From positions 1-53,659 of the forward strand of contig JAUVBB010000002.1 in the NCBI GenBank assembly GCA_030591445.1: 53,659 bases of DNA, in the 5' to 3' direction. This stretch comes from Deltaproteobacteria bacterium. GTDB taxonomy: Bacteria; Myxococcota; B64-G9. Under the pieces are notes generated by a model that did not search any database, was not told the origin of the DNA, and saw only the letters and a list, made by a program, of their open reading frames with translations. Shown piece by piece: positions 8,700 to 19,123 of the stretch. Each line of letters begins with the position of its first letter. Position 1 is the first letter of the stretch. Both the position numbers and the translations under genes were made by a program.

Positions 8700-9905
8700 G
8701 TGAAACAAGCAACGACCAGCCCAGAATCCTTGGCCCTGTGCGTTATCTCGGACGAGCGCTTTCCTTGTTGGGAGACCGACACCCAGCAGTTGACCAAGAC
8801 GGTGGCAGCTTTGGCAGAGCACGGAGCCAAAGTTGAACTGCTCGTGCCCCGGCGCTGGCGCAGCTTGCTCAAATCCGCCAAGCAACGCCGTTCGGAGCTA
8901 GAGTCGTACTACCAGGTAAGTGGCAACTTCGCCCTGCGGGAAATGCTGACCGCACCGGCTAGCCTGCGGGTGGCCGCCAAGCTGGTCCACGGACTGCTGG
9001 CCCCGGCCAACGCGGCCCTGCGGGGCCATGCCACTGTATACACCCGAGAGATTATGCCCGCGGTGTGCGCCCTCTTGCTAGGCCGGGAGCTTGTCTTCGA
9101 CACCTTCCGACCGCTGCCGGACTTGCATCCCTTCTATCGCCAACTGTTCCAATGGATGGCAAGCCGCCCCACTTTTCTGGGCGTCACCACCCACTCGGCG
9201 GTAGCGCGGGAGGCATTCCTCTCTGCCGGCCTGGCCGCCGATTCGGTGGCGGTCGTCTACAATGGCTACGATCCCAATGACAGGCAGCCGCGTTTGAGCC
9301 AAAGTCAGGCCCGCGCGCGTCTGGATTTTCCCCGCGAACCATTCCTGGCCGTCTATACCGGACATGTTCGACCAGACAAGGGAATTGGCTTTCTGATTGA
9401 GGCCATGGCCCAAGCGCCGCGTGCGGCCCAACTGCTGCTGGTCGGGGACAGCCCGGAAGAACAAGAATGGGTGGCCCGCGAGACGGCCCGCTGCGGCGCC
9501 GGCAAGCGGGTCAGCTGCGTAGGTTGGGTCACTGTCGATCATTTGGCCCTATACCTGCAAGCGGCGGATGTGTTGGTCATCCCGCCGTCGACAACCACCG
9601 CTACCGGGCGGGTACGCACAGTTTTACCAATGAAAATTTTTCTGTATCTGGCCGCCGGCCGGCCCATTTTGGCCACCGACCAAGCCGACGTGGCCGAGGT
9701 ATTACAGCACCGACGCAATGCCTTGCTGCAGGCTTCGGCCACCCCACAGGCCATGGCCCAGGGATTGGCCCTTCTGCACCAGGACCGCGCGCTGGGACGA
9801 AAGCTGGGCAAGCAGGCCCGTAGCGATGCCGGGCAATATACCTGGTCCGCACGGGCAAAAAAACTGCTGCAATTTATTCACACCCGCAGGCAGATGCGAG
9901 AGTAA
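8700..9905 (+). CDS. Glycosyltransferase, GT-B fold (family 4 / group 1-like)
   Basis: This is a 401-aa ORF. Its C-terminal half shows YNGYD, LAVYTGHVRPDKGIGFLIEAM, LLLVGDSPE and LPMKIFLYLAAGRPILATD, the variant of the E..G..(L/F)EYmAaG.P motif. The start codon is GTG. Confidence 0.8.
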   Translation: MKQATTSPESLALCVISDERFPCWETDTQQLTKTVAALAEHGAKVELLVPRRWRSLLKSAKQRRSELESYYQVSGNFALREMLTAPASLRVAAKLVHGLLAPANAALRGHATVYTREIMPAVCALLLGRELVFDTFRPLPDLHPFYRQLFQWMASRPTFLGVTTHSAVAREAFLSAGLAADSVAVVYNGYDPNDRQPRLSQSQARARLDFPREPFLAVYTGHVRPDKGIGFLIEAMAQAPRAAQLLLVGDSPEEQEWVARETARCGAGKRVSCVGWVTVDHLALYLQAADVLVIPPSTTTATGRVRTVLPMKIFLYLAAGRPILATDQADVAEVLQHRRNALLQASATPQAMAQGLALLHQDRALGRKLGKQARSDAGQYTWSARAKKLLQFIHTRRQMRE

Positions 9906-9909
9906 AACC

Positions 9910-10881
9910 ATGTTTGCATCAAAATCAATGGAACGTTTAACCGAACTGCCCTTGCTGATGCGTCATTTTTTCTGGGATCGTCCGCGCCTCGAAACTGGGC
10001 TATTCGATCAGCTGCGTTACAGCCCGCTCCTGGTCCAAATGGTGCTGACCCGGCGCTGCAATCTGACCTGCGGCTACTGCAACGAGTACGACCGCAGCAG
10101 CGATCCTTTGCCGCTTAGCCAAATCAAGGCCCAATTGGATCGCCTACGCGAGCTGGGCACTTTGGCTGTCGAATTCACCGGTGGAGAACCGCTGCTGCAC
10201 CCAGATTTCTTCGCCATCCTGGCCTATGCCACCCAACTCGGTTTCCCGGCGCGCATGATGATCTCCAATGCCTTTCTCTTTACCCCTGAGAAGATCGATC
10301 GCCTCAATCGTGCCGGCTTGACCCATTTGCAAGTCAGCGTCGACGGAGTGAAACCCAACCAGATCACGGTTAAGGTCTTGAACAAATTGCGACCCAAACT
10401 TGAGATGCTGGCCGCGGGCAAAAAATTCATCGTCCAGTTGTCGGCGGTCATCGGCTCTTGCTCGGTGGCGGAATTACTCGAAATCATTGCTTTCGCCCAC
10501 CAGGCCGATTTTCTGCCCCGCGTCTTGCTGCTTCACGACGAGAAGGGCCGGCTCAATCTATCGGCCGATGAGCTTAGTGCCTACGAGCAAACCAAACAGG
10601 CGATAGGCAAACGCTTCAGTGAGGCCCACGGTTACCGAGAAAAACTGCTGGCCGGTCAGCCGGCGCCCTTCAAATGTCGGGCCGGTGCGCGCTACCTGTA
10701 CGTGGATGAATTTGGCATGGTGAGCTGGTGCAGCCAGCAACGCCAAGACTTTGCCAAGCCGCTGTTGACGTACCGCGCCGCCGATTTGCGCGAACAATTT
10801 CATGTGGTCAAGGACTGCAATCGCTATTGCACCATCGGTTGCGTGCGTACGGCCTCGGCCCTAGACGAGTGGCGCCCCTGA
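9910..10881 (+). CDS. Radical SAM enzyme with a C-terminal Cys-rich (SPASM/twitch-like) extension
   Basis: CNLTCGYC (CxxxCxxC) lies at 10057-10080, followed by FTGGEPLL. The C-terminus shows CRAGARYLYVDEFGMVSWC ... CNRYCTIGC. The start is set at the ATG at 9910, 4 nt after the GT stop. The ORF-track start at 9718 lies inside the GT gene. Confidence 0.85.
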   Translation: MFASKSMERLTELPLLMRHFFWDRPRLETGLFDQLRYSPLLVQMVLTRRCNLTCGYCNEYDRSSDPLPLSQIKAQLDRLRELGTLAVEFTGGEPLLHPDFFAILAYATQLGFPARMMISNAFLFTPEKIDRLNRAGLTHLQVSVDGVKPNQITVKVLNKLRPKLEMLAAGKKFIVQLSAVIGSCSVAELLEIIAFAHQADFLPRVLLLHDEKGRLNLSADELSAYEQTKQAIGKRFSEAHGYREKLLAGQPAPFKCRAGARYLYVDEFGMVSWCSQQRQDFAKPLLTYRAADLREQFHVVKDCNRYCTIGCVRTASALDEWRP

Positions 10882-10916
10882 CCTCGCCCCTAACATCAGC
10901 CAAAGAGAGCAAACCG

Positions 10917-11600
10917 ATGCCCAGACGGAAGAACAATTTGCTTCGCTTTCTCCTTGCCGAAGCCAGCAGTCGATACCAGGTCTACGTGAAGCGTTTCATT
11001 CTGCACATGGACCTGAAGCGACCCTGGATGAGAAAGCGCGAAATCGAGGTCATCGAGAGCGTTATCGAGCGCCTGCAACCGCAAAACTGTCTGGAATGGG
11101 GCGTCGGCCACGGCACCGCTCAATTTACCAGGCTGTTGCCCGCCTCGGCCCAGTGGCTATCGATCGAGCACGACCAGGGCTGGGCCGAGAAGATCGCGGC
11201 CCGCATCACCGACCCCCGGGTAAGGGTACAGTGGCAATCTATCCCGGCAGAAGAACCAGACAATGCCGGCGCACCTCCCGATTACGTCGACTATCCCGGC
11301 CAATTCGGAAAATACGATCTCATTCTGGTGGATGGTCGATTCCGTTCTCAGTGTTTGGATCGAGCCTTTGATTGGATCGATGATCGTGGAATCGTCATAT
11401 TGCACGACGCCAACCGATCCTATTACCACGCTCCGCTGGCCCGGTTCCCCAAGCAAGTGATGCTCGGAGACTGGCGCAAAACGGAAGGGGGCGTGTGGAT
11501 CGGCAGCAAAAAGCGCGATTTGAACGATGTGCTGGATCTCGACCGGCAAATCGAATTGTGGCGAACCGTCAAGCGCATCGGCATGTTTTTGCGTCTGTGA
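10917..11600 (+). CDS. Class I SAM-dependent methyltransferase-like protein
   Basis: This is a 227-aa ORF starting at the ATG at 10917. A motif I-like sequence CLEWGVGHGTAQF is followed by an acidic-loop-like YDLILVDGRF and GIVILHD. The assignment rests on motif resemblance only. Confidence 0.55.
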   Translation: MPRRKNNLLRFLLAEASSRYQVYVKRFILHMDLKRPWMRKREIEVIESVIERLQPQNCLEWGVGHGTAQFTRLLPASAQWLSIEHDQGWAEKIAARITDPRVRVQWQSIPAEEPDNAGAPPDYVDYPGQFGKYDLILVDGRFRSQCLDRAFDWIDDRGIVILHDANRSYYHAPLARFPKQVMLGDWRKTEGGVWIGSKKRDLNDVLDLDRQIELWRTVKRIGMFLRL

Positions 11601-11612
11601 TTGAAAATCAAG

Positions 11613-14366
11613 CTAGGAGGCACGGGCCTCTTCTTTGATCATGCAGCATTTCTTGTACTTGCGGCCGGAACCACAAGGGCAAGGATCGTTGCGACCTACC
11701 TTGCGCCCGTCACGACGGACGGTTTTGACCTTGCCGCCAGCGCCATCGGCAGCGTCCCCGCCCTGGGCCTCGAACATGGTACGGCGCCGGGCCATCCGTT
11801 GGCGCATCAGGCGCTCGCCTTCGTCTTCGTCCGAAGCCTCTAACTGCACCTGGATCAGCTTTTTGGTAACTTCGGTTTTGATCCGATGGGTCATGCTCAT
11901 AAAAAGGCTGTAGCCCTCTTTCTTGTATTCCTGCTTGGGATCTTTTTGGGCATATCCGCGCAAACCCACGCCCGAGCGCAGGTGATCCATGGCCAGCAAG
12001 TGATCTTTCCATTGTTGGTCGATCTCTTGCAGGTAGAAATAATGCTCGACCCGGCGCATGTTCTCGGGGGAGATCTGATCTTCTTTCATCTGGTAGATTC
12101 GTTCGATTTCCGTCCAGAGTTTCTCGCCCAGAGTCTCGCGGCTGCGGTCAACTTCCTCCAAGGCGATTTTCTGACCGAAGACCCCGTAGACCCGATCTTC
12201 CAGGCCCTTGATGTCCCAATCCTCGGCAGAAACTTCCTCGGCACAGGTCGCGTCTAACTCGACGATAAGGATGTCTTCGATCAACTCCAGAATCTGCTCG
12301 CGCATGTTTTCGCCAGCCAACACCTGCCGGCGCAGTGAATAAATGCTCTTGCGCTGCAAATTCATCACATCGTCGTATTCGAGCAAGTTCTTGCGGATTT
12401 CGAAGTTCTGGCCTTCCACCCGCTTCTGGGCATTGGAAATCGAGCGGGTCACCCACTTGTGCTCAATGGGCACGCCCTCTTCCATGCCCAATCGTTCCAT
12501 CAGGCCCTTGAGTCGGTCGGCACCAAAAATGCGCAGCAGGTCATCTTCCAGGCAAAGAAAGAAACGAGACGAACCGGGATCGCCTTGACGGGCGGCCCGG
12601 CCGCGCAGCTGGTTGTCGATGCGGCGAGCTTCGTGCCGCTCGGTGCCCAAGATATGCATGCCACCTTGCTCGACCACATTTTTACGCTCTTCGGCACAGG
12701 TAGTTTGAAAGCGCCTGAGCACTTCGAGATACTTGTCCCGGTCCTCATCAGGGTCGGCGTGCAAGCGGGCCAAGAATTCGGGGCTACCACCCAGCACAAT
12801 GTCGGTACCACGGCCGGCCATATTGGTTGAGATGGTCACGGCCTTGAAGCGGCCGGCCTGGGCCACGAACTCGGCCTCTTTGGCGTGGTGCTTGGCATTG
12901 AGTACGTTGTGCTTGATGCCGGCTCGCTTCAAGCGCCGGGATATTTCTTCGGATTTCTCAATCGAAATGGTTCCCACCAGAACCGGTTGGCCACGGCCGT
13001 TCAACTCACGAATCTCCTCGACCACGGCGGCAAACTTCTCTTCCTCGGTGCGGTAAATGACATCCTGGTGGTCAATGCGCACATTGGGCACATTGGTGGG
13101 CATCACCATGACATCGAGGCCATAAATCTTCGAGAACTCATCCCGTTCGGTCTCGGCGGTACCGGTCATGCCCGCCAACTTGCGGTACAGGCGAAAGTAG
13201 TTCTGGTAGGTAATGGTAGCCAGGGTCTGGTTCTCGTTCTCGATGGGCACGCCTTCCTTGGCCTCGACGGCCTGGTGCAAGCCATCGCTCCAACGGCGAC
13301 CCTCGAGCACCCGCCCGGTAAACTCGTCGACTATATTGACTTTTCCATCTTCGGATACAATGTAATCGACCTCGCGCTTGAACAAGGTATGCGCCTTGAG
13401 CGCCTGGTTGACGTGGTGGAGAATCTCAATATTTTGCGGGTGGTATAGATTGTCGACGGTAAGCAGTTTTTCAACCAGGGACACACCGTCTTCCGTGAGC
13501 ACCGAGGCCCGGCTTTTTTCATCAACCGTGTAATCGCGGTCGCGTTTGAGCTTGGGAATGATGTTGTTGACCAGGTAGTACTTGTCGGTGGCTTCCTCGG
13601 CCGGCCCGCTAATGATCAAAGGGGTACGCGCCTCGTCGACCAAAATACTGTCGACTTCGTCCACCACGGCAAAAAAGTGTTCGCGCTGGGTATAGTCTTC
13701 CAGGCGAAATTTCATATTGTCGCGCAAGAAGTCAAAACCAAACTCAGAGTTGTAACCGTAGGTAACATCGGAATTGTAGGCGTCTTGCCGCTCTTGATCG
13801 GTGATGCCGTGGACGATGACCCCCACTTTCATGCCCATCCAGCGGTAAATGCGGCCCATCCACTCAGCGTCGCGCCGGGCCAGGTAATCGTTGACGGTCA
13901 CCACGTGCACCCCGCGGCCAGCGAGCGCATTGAGGTACACCGGTAAGGTGGCCACCAAAGTCTTGCCTTCTCCGGTCTTCATTTCGGCGATCTTGCCTTG
14001 GTGCAGCACGATCCCGCCCATCAGCTGTACATCATAGTGGCGCTGGCCCAGCACACGAATGCTGGCCTCGCGCACCACCGCAAACACTTCCGGTAGCATT
14101 AGGTTCAAGACACCGTGCTCAGTCAAACGTCGGGTCTTGCCATCGACATCCTTGTCACCCAGTCTCTTTTCCACCTCCTGGGCCAGGTGCTGCTTGAATT
14201 CTACGGTTTTACCCTTCAAGTCAGTGTCGGACAAGGCACGGACCGATGGCTCCCACTTGTTGATCTCCTGGACTAGCGGCTGGAGCTTCTTGATCTCGCG
14301 CAGGTTTTTCGAACCGAAGACTTTATCAGATACGTATTTTCCCAGGCCCACGAAGGAACCCTCCAT
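11613..14366 (-). CDS. secA: Preprotein translocase ATPase SecA
   Basis: This 917-aa ORF shows [43 protein letters not shown] and the C-terminal zinc motif [13 protein letters not shown]. Confidence 0.97.
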   Translation of the reverse strand: MEGSFVGLGKYVSDKVFGSKNLREIKKLQPLVQEINKWEPSVRALSDTDLKGKTVEFKQHLAQEVEKRLGDKDVDGKTRRLTEHGVLNLMLPEVFAVVREASIRVLGQRHYDVQLMGGIVLHQGKIAEMKTGEGKTLVATLPVYLNALAGRGVHVVTVNDYLARRDAEWMGRIYRWMGMKVGVIVHGITDQERQDAYNSDVTYGYNSEFGFDFLRDNMKFRLEDYTQREHFFAVVDEVDSILVDEARTPLIISGPAEEATDKYYLVNNIIPKLKRDRDYTVDEKSRASVLTEDGVSLVEKLLTVDNLYHPQNIEILHHVNQALKAHTLFKREVDYIVSEDGKVNIVDEFTGRVLEGRRWSDGLHQAVEAKEGVPIENENQTLATITYQNYFRLYRKLAGMTGTAETERDEFSKIYGLDVMVMPTNVPNVRIDHQDVIYRTEEEKFAAVVEEIRELNGRGQPVLVGTISIEKSEEISRRLKRAGIKHNVLNAKHHAKEAEFVAQAGRFKAVTISTNMAGRGTDIVLGGSPEFLARLHADPDEDRDKYLEVLRRFQTTCAEERKNVVEQGGMHILGTERHEARRIDNQLRGRAARQGDPGSSRFFLCLEDDLLRIFGADRLKGLMERLGMEEGVPIEHKWVTRSISNAQKRVEGQNFEIRKNLLEYDDVMNLQRKSIYSLRRQVLAGENMREQILELIEDILIVELDATCAEEVSAEDWDIKGLEDRVYGVFGQKIALEEVDRSRETLGEKLWTEIERIYQMKEDQISPENMRRVEHYFYLQEIDQQWKDHLLAMDHLRSGVGLRGYAQKDPKQEYKKEGYSLFMSMTHRIKTEVTKKLIQVQLEASDEDEGERLMRQRMARRRTMFEAQGGDAADGAGGKVKTVRRDGRKVGRNDPCPCGSGRKYKKCCMIKEEARAS

Positions 14367-14462
14367 TCATATGCAACTGTTCGTTCTCAGCCGGGCGCCA
14401 TCCTACCACCGCCAACACCGCGGTACAAGACCACGGTTTGTTGCTTGACTACGATATAGGGC

Positions 14463-15398
14463 TTAATCTTCTAGGATGAAGCTCTTGGGATTTTCACACA
14501 CACCGTTAACTTCGACTTCGTAATGCAGGTGGGGACCCGTGCTGCGGCCGCTGTTGCCGATGTTGCCGATGATCTCACCGCGTTCGACGTGATCGCCTAC
14601 GCTGACCTTAAACTCATTCAAATGCCCGTATCGGGTTCGAATTTCGTAGCCGTGATCGATAATCAGCAATTTGCCGTAGCCACCGCTGATTCCCTTGAAA
14701 GTAACCACGCCGCGGGCCGGGGACACGATTGGCACACCTTCCTGGTTGGCAATGTCCAAACCACGGTGCATGACACGTTTACCGGTGTAAGGATCGGGGC
14801 GCATGCCAAAACCGGAGGTCACCCATCCACGCGCCGGCCAAACCGAAGGTGTCGAAGCCAGGCGGGCTTTTTGGCCCCGCAAGTAGGTCTCGAGTTGGCG
14901 GATACTGCCCTCACGTTTTTCGGCTTCAGAAGCCATTTCGTCAAGTTGCTTACCCAACAGACTGATGGCCAAATGGGGGTTTTCACCGATGGCCCGCACC
15001 AACGGCGCCACGCTCTCGCTGCCGTCGGCCTGATAGTCACTCCCGCTACGGATATCGACCGGACCCAATGCCAAATGGCGCTTGGGATCGTTCAGTTGGG
15101 TAATCGTACGCAGCTTGGTATCAAAGCGTTGCACCCGATCCAGTACGTTCTCAATGCTGGCCACCTTCTCGTGCAAAGACACTAGGCGATGACGAAGCTG
15201 CAGGTTCTGCTGCTTGAGATCCCAGTTTTCCCCTACCTGGTCAATCACCGTCAGGTAGTGAAAAACCCCGACCCCGATCACCGCCACGACCAACATACAT
15301 ATGGATAAGAAAAACCAGAGAGTGCTTTTTGAAACGCGCACACGTCGGACCTTAGAAGAACGATCCGGAACCATCATTAGCGTGTAACGCCGACTCAT
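14463..15398 (-). CDS. M23 (LytM-type) metallopeptidase with an N-terminal TM anchor and coiled coil
   Basis: The protein shows HRGLDIA, GGYGKLLIIDHG, YGHL and GNSGRSTGPHLHYEV. An N-terminal TM helix reads LWFFLSICMLVVAVIGVGVF. Confidence 0.88.
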   Translation of the reverse strand: MSRRYTLMMVPDRSSKVRRVRVSKSTLWFFLSICMLVVAVIGVGVFHYLTVIDQVGENWDLKQQNLQLRHRLVSLHEKVASIENVLDRVQRFDTKLRTITQLNDPKRHLALGPVDIRSGSDYQADGSESVAPLVRAIGENPHLAISLLGKQLDEMASEAEKREGSIRQLETYLRGQKARLASTPSVWPARGWVTSGFGMRPDPYTGKRVMHRGLDIANQEGVPIVSPARGVVTFKGISGGYGKLLIIDHGYEIRTRYGHLNEFKVSVGDHVERGEIIGNIGNSGRSTGPHLHYEVEVNGVCENPKSFILED

Positions 15399-15500
15399 GC
15401 AAGAATCCGCGGAAGTTGTGTCAAATAAAATGCACGAACCATCTCAAGCTCGGCATTGTGGCAACAGCGCCTAATAGTGTCAATCAATTTCTTGCTTTCT

Positions 15501-16388
15501 TTACTTTCTTTTCTTGCTCGACCGCCGAGCGCCGCCTGCTCTCGCTGACGAATTGCGTCGATCCTTCTTTGCCGTCTTCCCATATTGTATCACAAGAACG
15601 GTGATATTGTCGTCCCCTCCGTTTTGGTTGGCTGCCGCCACCAAACGGGTAGGTACGGTGGACAGTTTCCCCCGGCGCAGGGTCTTGCCCATCTTTTCGT
15701 CTGAAACCATGCCGTTGAGCCCATCAGAGCAAAGCAAGAAAACGTCGCCGCTTTTCATCGCGAAGCTAAAGGTATCGGCGGTCACTTGGCTTTCGAAACC
15801 AACCGACCGGGTGATGATGTTACGAAAGCGGCTATGCAAAGCTTCTTCGGGGGTGATGAATCCGGCCTTGATCTGCTCGTTGACCAAGGAATGATCTTCG
15901 GTCACTTGGCTAAAGATGCTGTTCTTGAACTGATACAAACGGCTATCGCCTACATGAGCCACGTAGGCCCTTTTGCCGTGCGTCAGCATCAAGGTAGTCG
16001 TGGTTCCCATTCCTTCCAATTCGGGATTGGACTGGGAGGCTTCGAAAATGGCCGCCGAAGCCGTACGCACGGCTTCATCCAGGACTTTCAAGATGGCCGG
16101 GGACTCGTTGAGCACCGCCCCGCGAATAAACAACCCGTCGCTGTCCTTGGCCTGGCTGATCTTCTCGCGAATGGTCTCGACGGCCATACGTGAGGCCGTG
16201 TCTCCGCCCGCGTGGCCACCCATCCCATCAGCCACGATGTATAAATTGAGGTTGGCATCGGCCAGGAAAAAATCTTCGTTGACTTCACGCTTCAAGCCCA
16301 CGTCGGTCTTGCCCCAGTGCGATACCCGCCCCTGCACACTAGATGCAGTACTGCGCCGATTTGTTTTCTTTTTTGGACGGCTTCGCAT
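15501..16388 (-). CDS. PP2C-family Ser/Thr protein phosphatase
   Basis: The protein shows GKTDVGLKREVNEDFF, VADGMGGHAGG, LLCSDGL and GGDDNITVLV. Both the N- and C-terminal tails are K/R-rich. Confidence 0.88.
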   Translation of the reverse strand: MRSRPKKKTNRRSTASSVQGRVSHWGKTDVGLKREVNEDFFLADANLNLYIVADGMGGHAGGDTASRMAVETIREKISQAKDSDGLFIRGAVLNESPAILKVLDEAVRTASAAIFEASQSNPELEGMGTTTTLMLTHGKRAYVAHVGDSRLYQFKNSIFSQVTEDHSLVNEQIKAGFITPEEALHSRFRNIITRSVGFESQVTADTFSFAMKSGDVFLLCSDGLNGMVSDEKMGKTLRRGKLSTVPTRLVAAANQNGGDDNITVLVIQYGKTAKKDRRNSSARAGGARRSSKKRK

Positions 16389-16439
16389 TGTTTCTCTTTC
16401 ATAACATAGTTCTAGCTAAGGATCAAAGTCTTTCCCTTT

Positions 16440-18143
16440 TTACCTTGATCCGCTCCGGCGTAGGGTCTTGGATTTCTGGCGGGCATGATGCAGCATTTCA
16501 CCCGCGTGTACCCGCGCCTTGTGGGTTACTTCCGCGCCGCCGGCCATCCGGGCCACTTCTTCTTGCCGTTGCTCCGGCTGCAAAAAAGATACGCTGGTCT
16601 TGGTCTGGCCGCCGCTTATCTCCTTGCGCACCACGTAATGATTGTCGGCCCAGGCGGCAATCTGGGGCAGATGGGTAATGCACAAGACTTGGTGTTGTTG
16701 ACTCACCTGGGCCAGCTTTTCACCGAGCATGCCCGCCACCCGACCACCCACGCCCGAATCCACCTCGTCAAACACATAACAGGGCACCGGGTCGACCTTG
16801 CGCAAGACCGCTTTGAGGGCCAACAACACCCGCGATAATTCCCCACCGGAAGCGACCCGGGACAAAGGCCGAACCTCTTGCCCGGGATTGGCCGATAACA
16901 AAAACCGCACCCGATCCAAACCGCTGGCGTCCAGATCCTTTTCGGTCCCGCGCTGCACCTGAATCTCTACTTTGGCCGCCTCCATGGCCAGCGACTTGAG
17001 TTGGCCAATGAGTTTACCCGCCAGATCTTTGGCCACTTTCTGTCGCGCTCGCGAGAGCCCGCTTGCCCGCTCCAGGGCTAGTGCACGGGCCTGAGCCACT
17101 TCCTCGCCCAATGCTGATTTCCGCGAGGCGCTGTCGACCAAGGCAGCCAATTCCGCCACCATCGTCTCCCGATTCTGCAGCATATCGTCGAGCTCGGGGC
17201 CATGGATTCGTAACAAGGCGCGCAGTTCATTCCAACGGTCATCGACTTGCTGCAAACGGTCCGGCTCGGCATCCAAGCCATCGATTTCGCGCTCCAGATC
17301 GCGGGCCAAGTCCTCGATTTGCCGGAGCACGGTCTCCGAGGCCGCATGACTGTCGGAAAAACTCTCATCCAGGGCGTTCAATTTGGCCAGCACCGAGCTC
17401 GCCCGGCCCAACTGCTCTACCACCGAACCGTCGTTTTGGTACAAAAGCGCCACGGCCTCTTGTAAGCCGGCACCCAGCTGCTGTCGATTCTTCAAGCGGG
17501 TGCGCTCTTTCTGCAGCGAGACATCCTCGCCGGCTTCGGGCCCGAAGGCCTCGATGCGGTCCAGGCTAAAACGCAGATAGTCCTCGCGCTGCGCGCGTTG
17601 GCGTTCTTGTTCGCTAAGAGCCATAAGTTCGCGCTCGAGCTTACGCAAGGCAGCAACCAACTCGGCAACTTCTTTTCGCCGGGGCACCAGAGAACCAAAT
17701 TCGTCCAGAATGTCGCGGTGACTTTCTTCGTCGGTCAGGCCAACGTGTTCATGCTGTCCGGTAATGTCGACCAGGCCCTTGACCAAAGCAGCCAGGCGGG
17801 TCGCACTAATCGCGTGGCCGTTGACGAAAGCGCGGCTGCGCCCATTGCGAGACAGGATGCGCCGAACCAAAAGCGTGTCACCGTCAGTCATGTCCAGCTC
17901 AGCCAAGCGCCGGTACACTGGTGCATCTAGCACCAAACGAAATTCCGCTTCGACTTCCGCATTTTCGGCCTCGCTGCGGATAAGATCCGGGCTGGCCCGA
18001 CCACCCAACACCAACTGAAGCGACTGGATCAAGATCGATTTGCCGGCCCCGGTCTCTCCGGTCAAAACGCAAAAGCCCGATCGAAACTCGACCTTGAGTT
18101 CGTCGATAATGGCCAGGTCACGAATGGCTAAATAGCAGAGCAT
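16440..18143 (-). CDS. recN: DNA repair protein RecN
   Basis: The N-terminus reads MLCYLAIRDLAIIDEL...LTGETGAGKSILI. A long coiled coil follows, then ASGGELSRVLLALK and VFDEVDSGVGG. The ORF-track start at 18275 overlaps nadK. The ATG at 18143 lies 7 nt downstream of the nadK stop. Confidence 0.93.
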   Translation of the reverse strand: MLCYLAIRDLAIIDELKVEFRSGFCVLTGETGAGKSILIQSLQLVLGGRASPDLIRSEAENAEVEAEFRLVLDAPVYRRLAELDMTDGDTLLVRRILSRNGRSRAFVNGHAISATRLAALVKGLVDITGQHEHVGLTDEESHRDILDEFGSLVPRRKEVAELVAALRKLERELMALSEQERQRAQREDYLRFSLDRIEAFGPEAGEDVSLQKERTRLKNRQQLGAGLQEAVALLYQNDGSVVEQLGRASSVLAKLNALDESFSDSHAASETVLRQIEDLARDLEREIDGLDAEPDRLQQVDDRWNELRALLRIHGPELDDMLQNRETMVAELAALVDSASRKSALGEEVAQARALALERASGLSRARQKVAKDLAGKLIGQLKSLAMEAAKVEIQVQRGTEKDLDASGLDRVRFLLSANPGQEVRPLSRVASGGELSRVLLALKAVLRKVDPVPCYVFDEVDSGVGGRVAGMLGEKLAQVSQQHQVLCITHLPQIAAWADNHYVVRKEISGGQTKTSVSFLQPEQRQEEVARMAGGAEVTHKARVHAGEMLHHARQKSKTLRRSGSR

Positions 18144-18150
18144 AATGGAA

Positions 18151-18990
18151 CTATCGCTGCCCCCATTTGAGCTTGGCGCGCAATAGCTGAAAATAATCAC
18201 GCGGCGGCTGCACCAGCAAAACCCGTCCCGGAGCCCGGCCAATTTGCAGCACATCACCTGCCTGCATTTTTTCAACCTCTTGGCCGTCGAAGGTGGCCTG
18301 GACCGAGCCGGGATTTCTTTCGACCCACAAGCGAATTTGCGATTCGGCCGACACCACCAGGGGCCGCATGGTTAATGTGTGCGGACAGATGGGAGTAATG
18401 AGTATCGCGGGCACCCCAGGCGCGACAATCGGACCCCCGGCTGATAAAGAGTAGGCCGTCGATCCAGTGGGCGACGACACAATCAGGCCGTCGGCCCGGC
18501 AAGTGGTCACATGGGCACCGTCGATTTCGATGCTGATCTCGATGATACGGCTCATGCCGAAAACGCTAACCACCACATCGTTGAGCACCTTGGCACTGAC
18601 CAGCTCTTGGCCGTCGCGAATCAGATCGGCCTGCAGCCGGACCCGTTCCGCGGTTTTCGCCCCACCGCCCAAGACCCGGGCAAACTGTTCCGCCGCTTCC
18701 TCTACCGTAAACTCGGTCAGGTAACCCATGAAACCCAGGTTGACTCCGAAGATTGGCACATGACGATCATCGAGCAGACGCACCACCCGGATCAAGGTCC
18801 CGTCTCCGCCCAGCACCACCACCAGATCCGCCCGGGCAGCCAAATCCGCCGGCGGCATGACCAAATCCGTCTCCAGCGACGTCTCGGCCCAAACCTCCCA
18901 GCCCGCCGCTTTGGCCAAACGCGACAAGTCCCGCGCCAGCGCCTCGACGTCGGGATGCTTTTGCTTACCAAAAATTCCTACCACCGCCAT
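18151..18990 (-). CDS. nadK: NAD+ kinase
   Basis: The protein shows LVVVLGGDGTLI, GVNLGFMGYLTE and GLIVSSPTGSTAYSLSAGGPIV. The nadK-recN gene order is conserved. Confidence 0.93.
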   Translation of the reverse strand: MAVVGIFGKQKHPDVEALARDLSRLAKAAGWEVWAETSLETDLVMPPADLAARADLVVVLGGDGTLIRVVRLLDDRHVPIFGVNLGFMGYLTEFTVEEAAEQFARVLGGGAKTAERVRLQADLIRDGQELVSAKVLNDVVVSVFGMSRIIEISIEIDGAHVTTCRADGLIVSSPTGSTAYSLSAGGPIVAPGVPAILITPICPHTLTMRPLVVSAESQIRLWVERNPGSVQATFDGQEVEKMQAGDVLQIGRAPGRVLLVQPPRDYFQLLRAKLKWGQR

Positions 18991-19123
18991 TGCTCATCTC
19001 CCCGGATCGGCGTTCGCCATTTTCTATCACAACCCTCGGCGGTGATCCAGCGCCGCAGAGGCTCTTCCCACCAGTTGCCAAAGACAGGCCAGGGTCATAC
19101 ACTCGGGCCGGGAGAGTGGGTCA

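Noticed and set aside
18144-18275. An N-terminal 44-codon extension of recN in the ORF track (start at 18275).
   Set aside because: The extension overlaps the 3' end of nadK by 125 nt and is Cys/Arg-rich. The canonical RecN N-terminus (MLCYLAIRDLAIIDEL) begins at the ATG at 18143. Similar upstream extensions were trimmed for pyrH, tsf, the rSAM gene, the methyltransferase-like gene, nqrC/D/E, apbE, mscS, the crotonase and the two lipoproteins.
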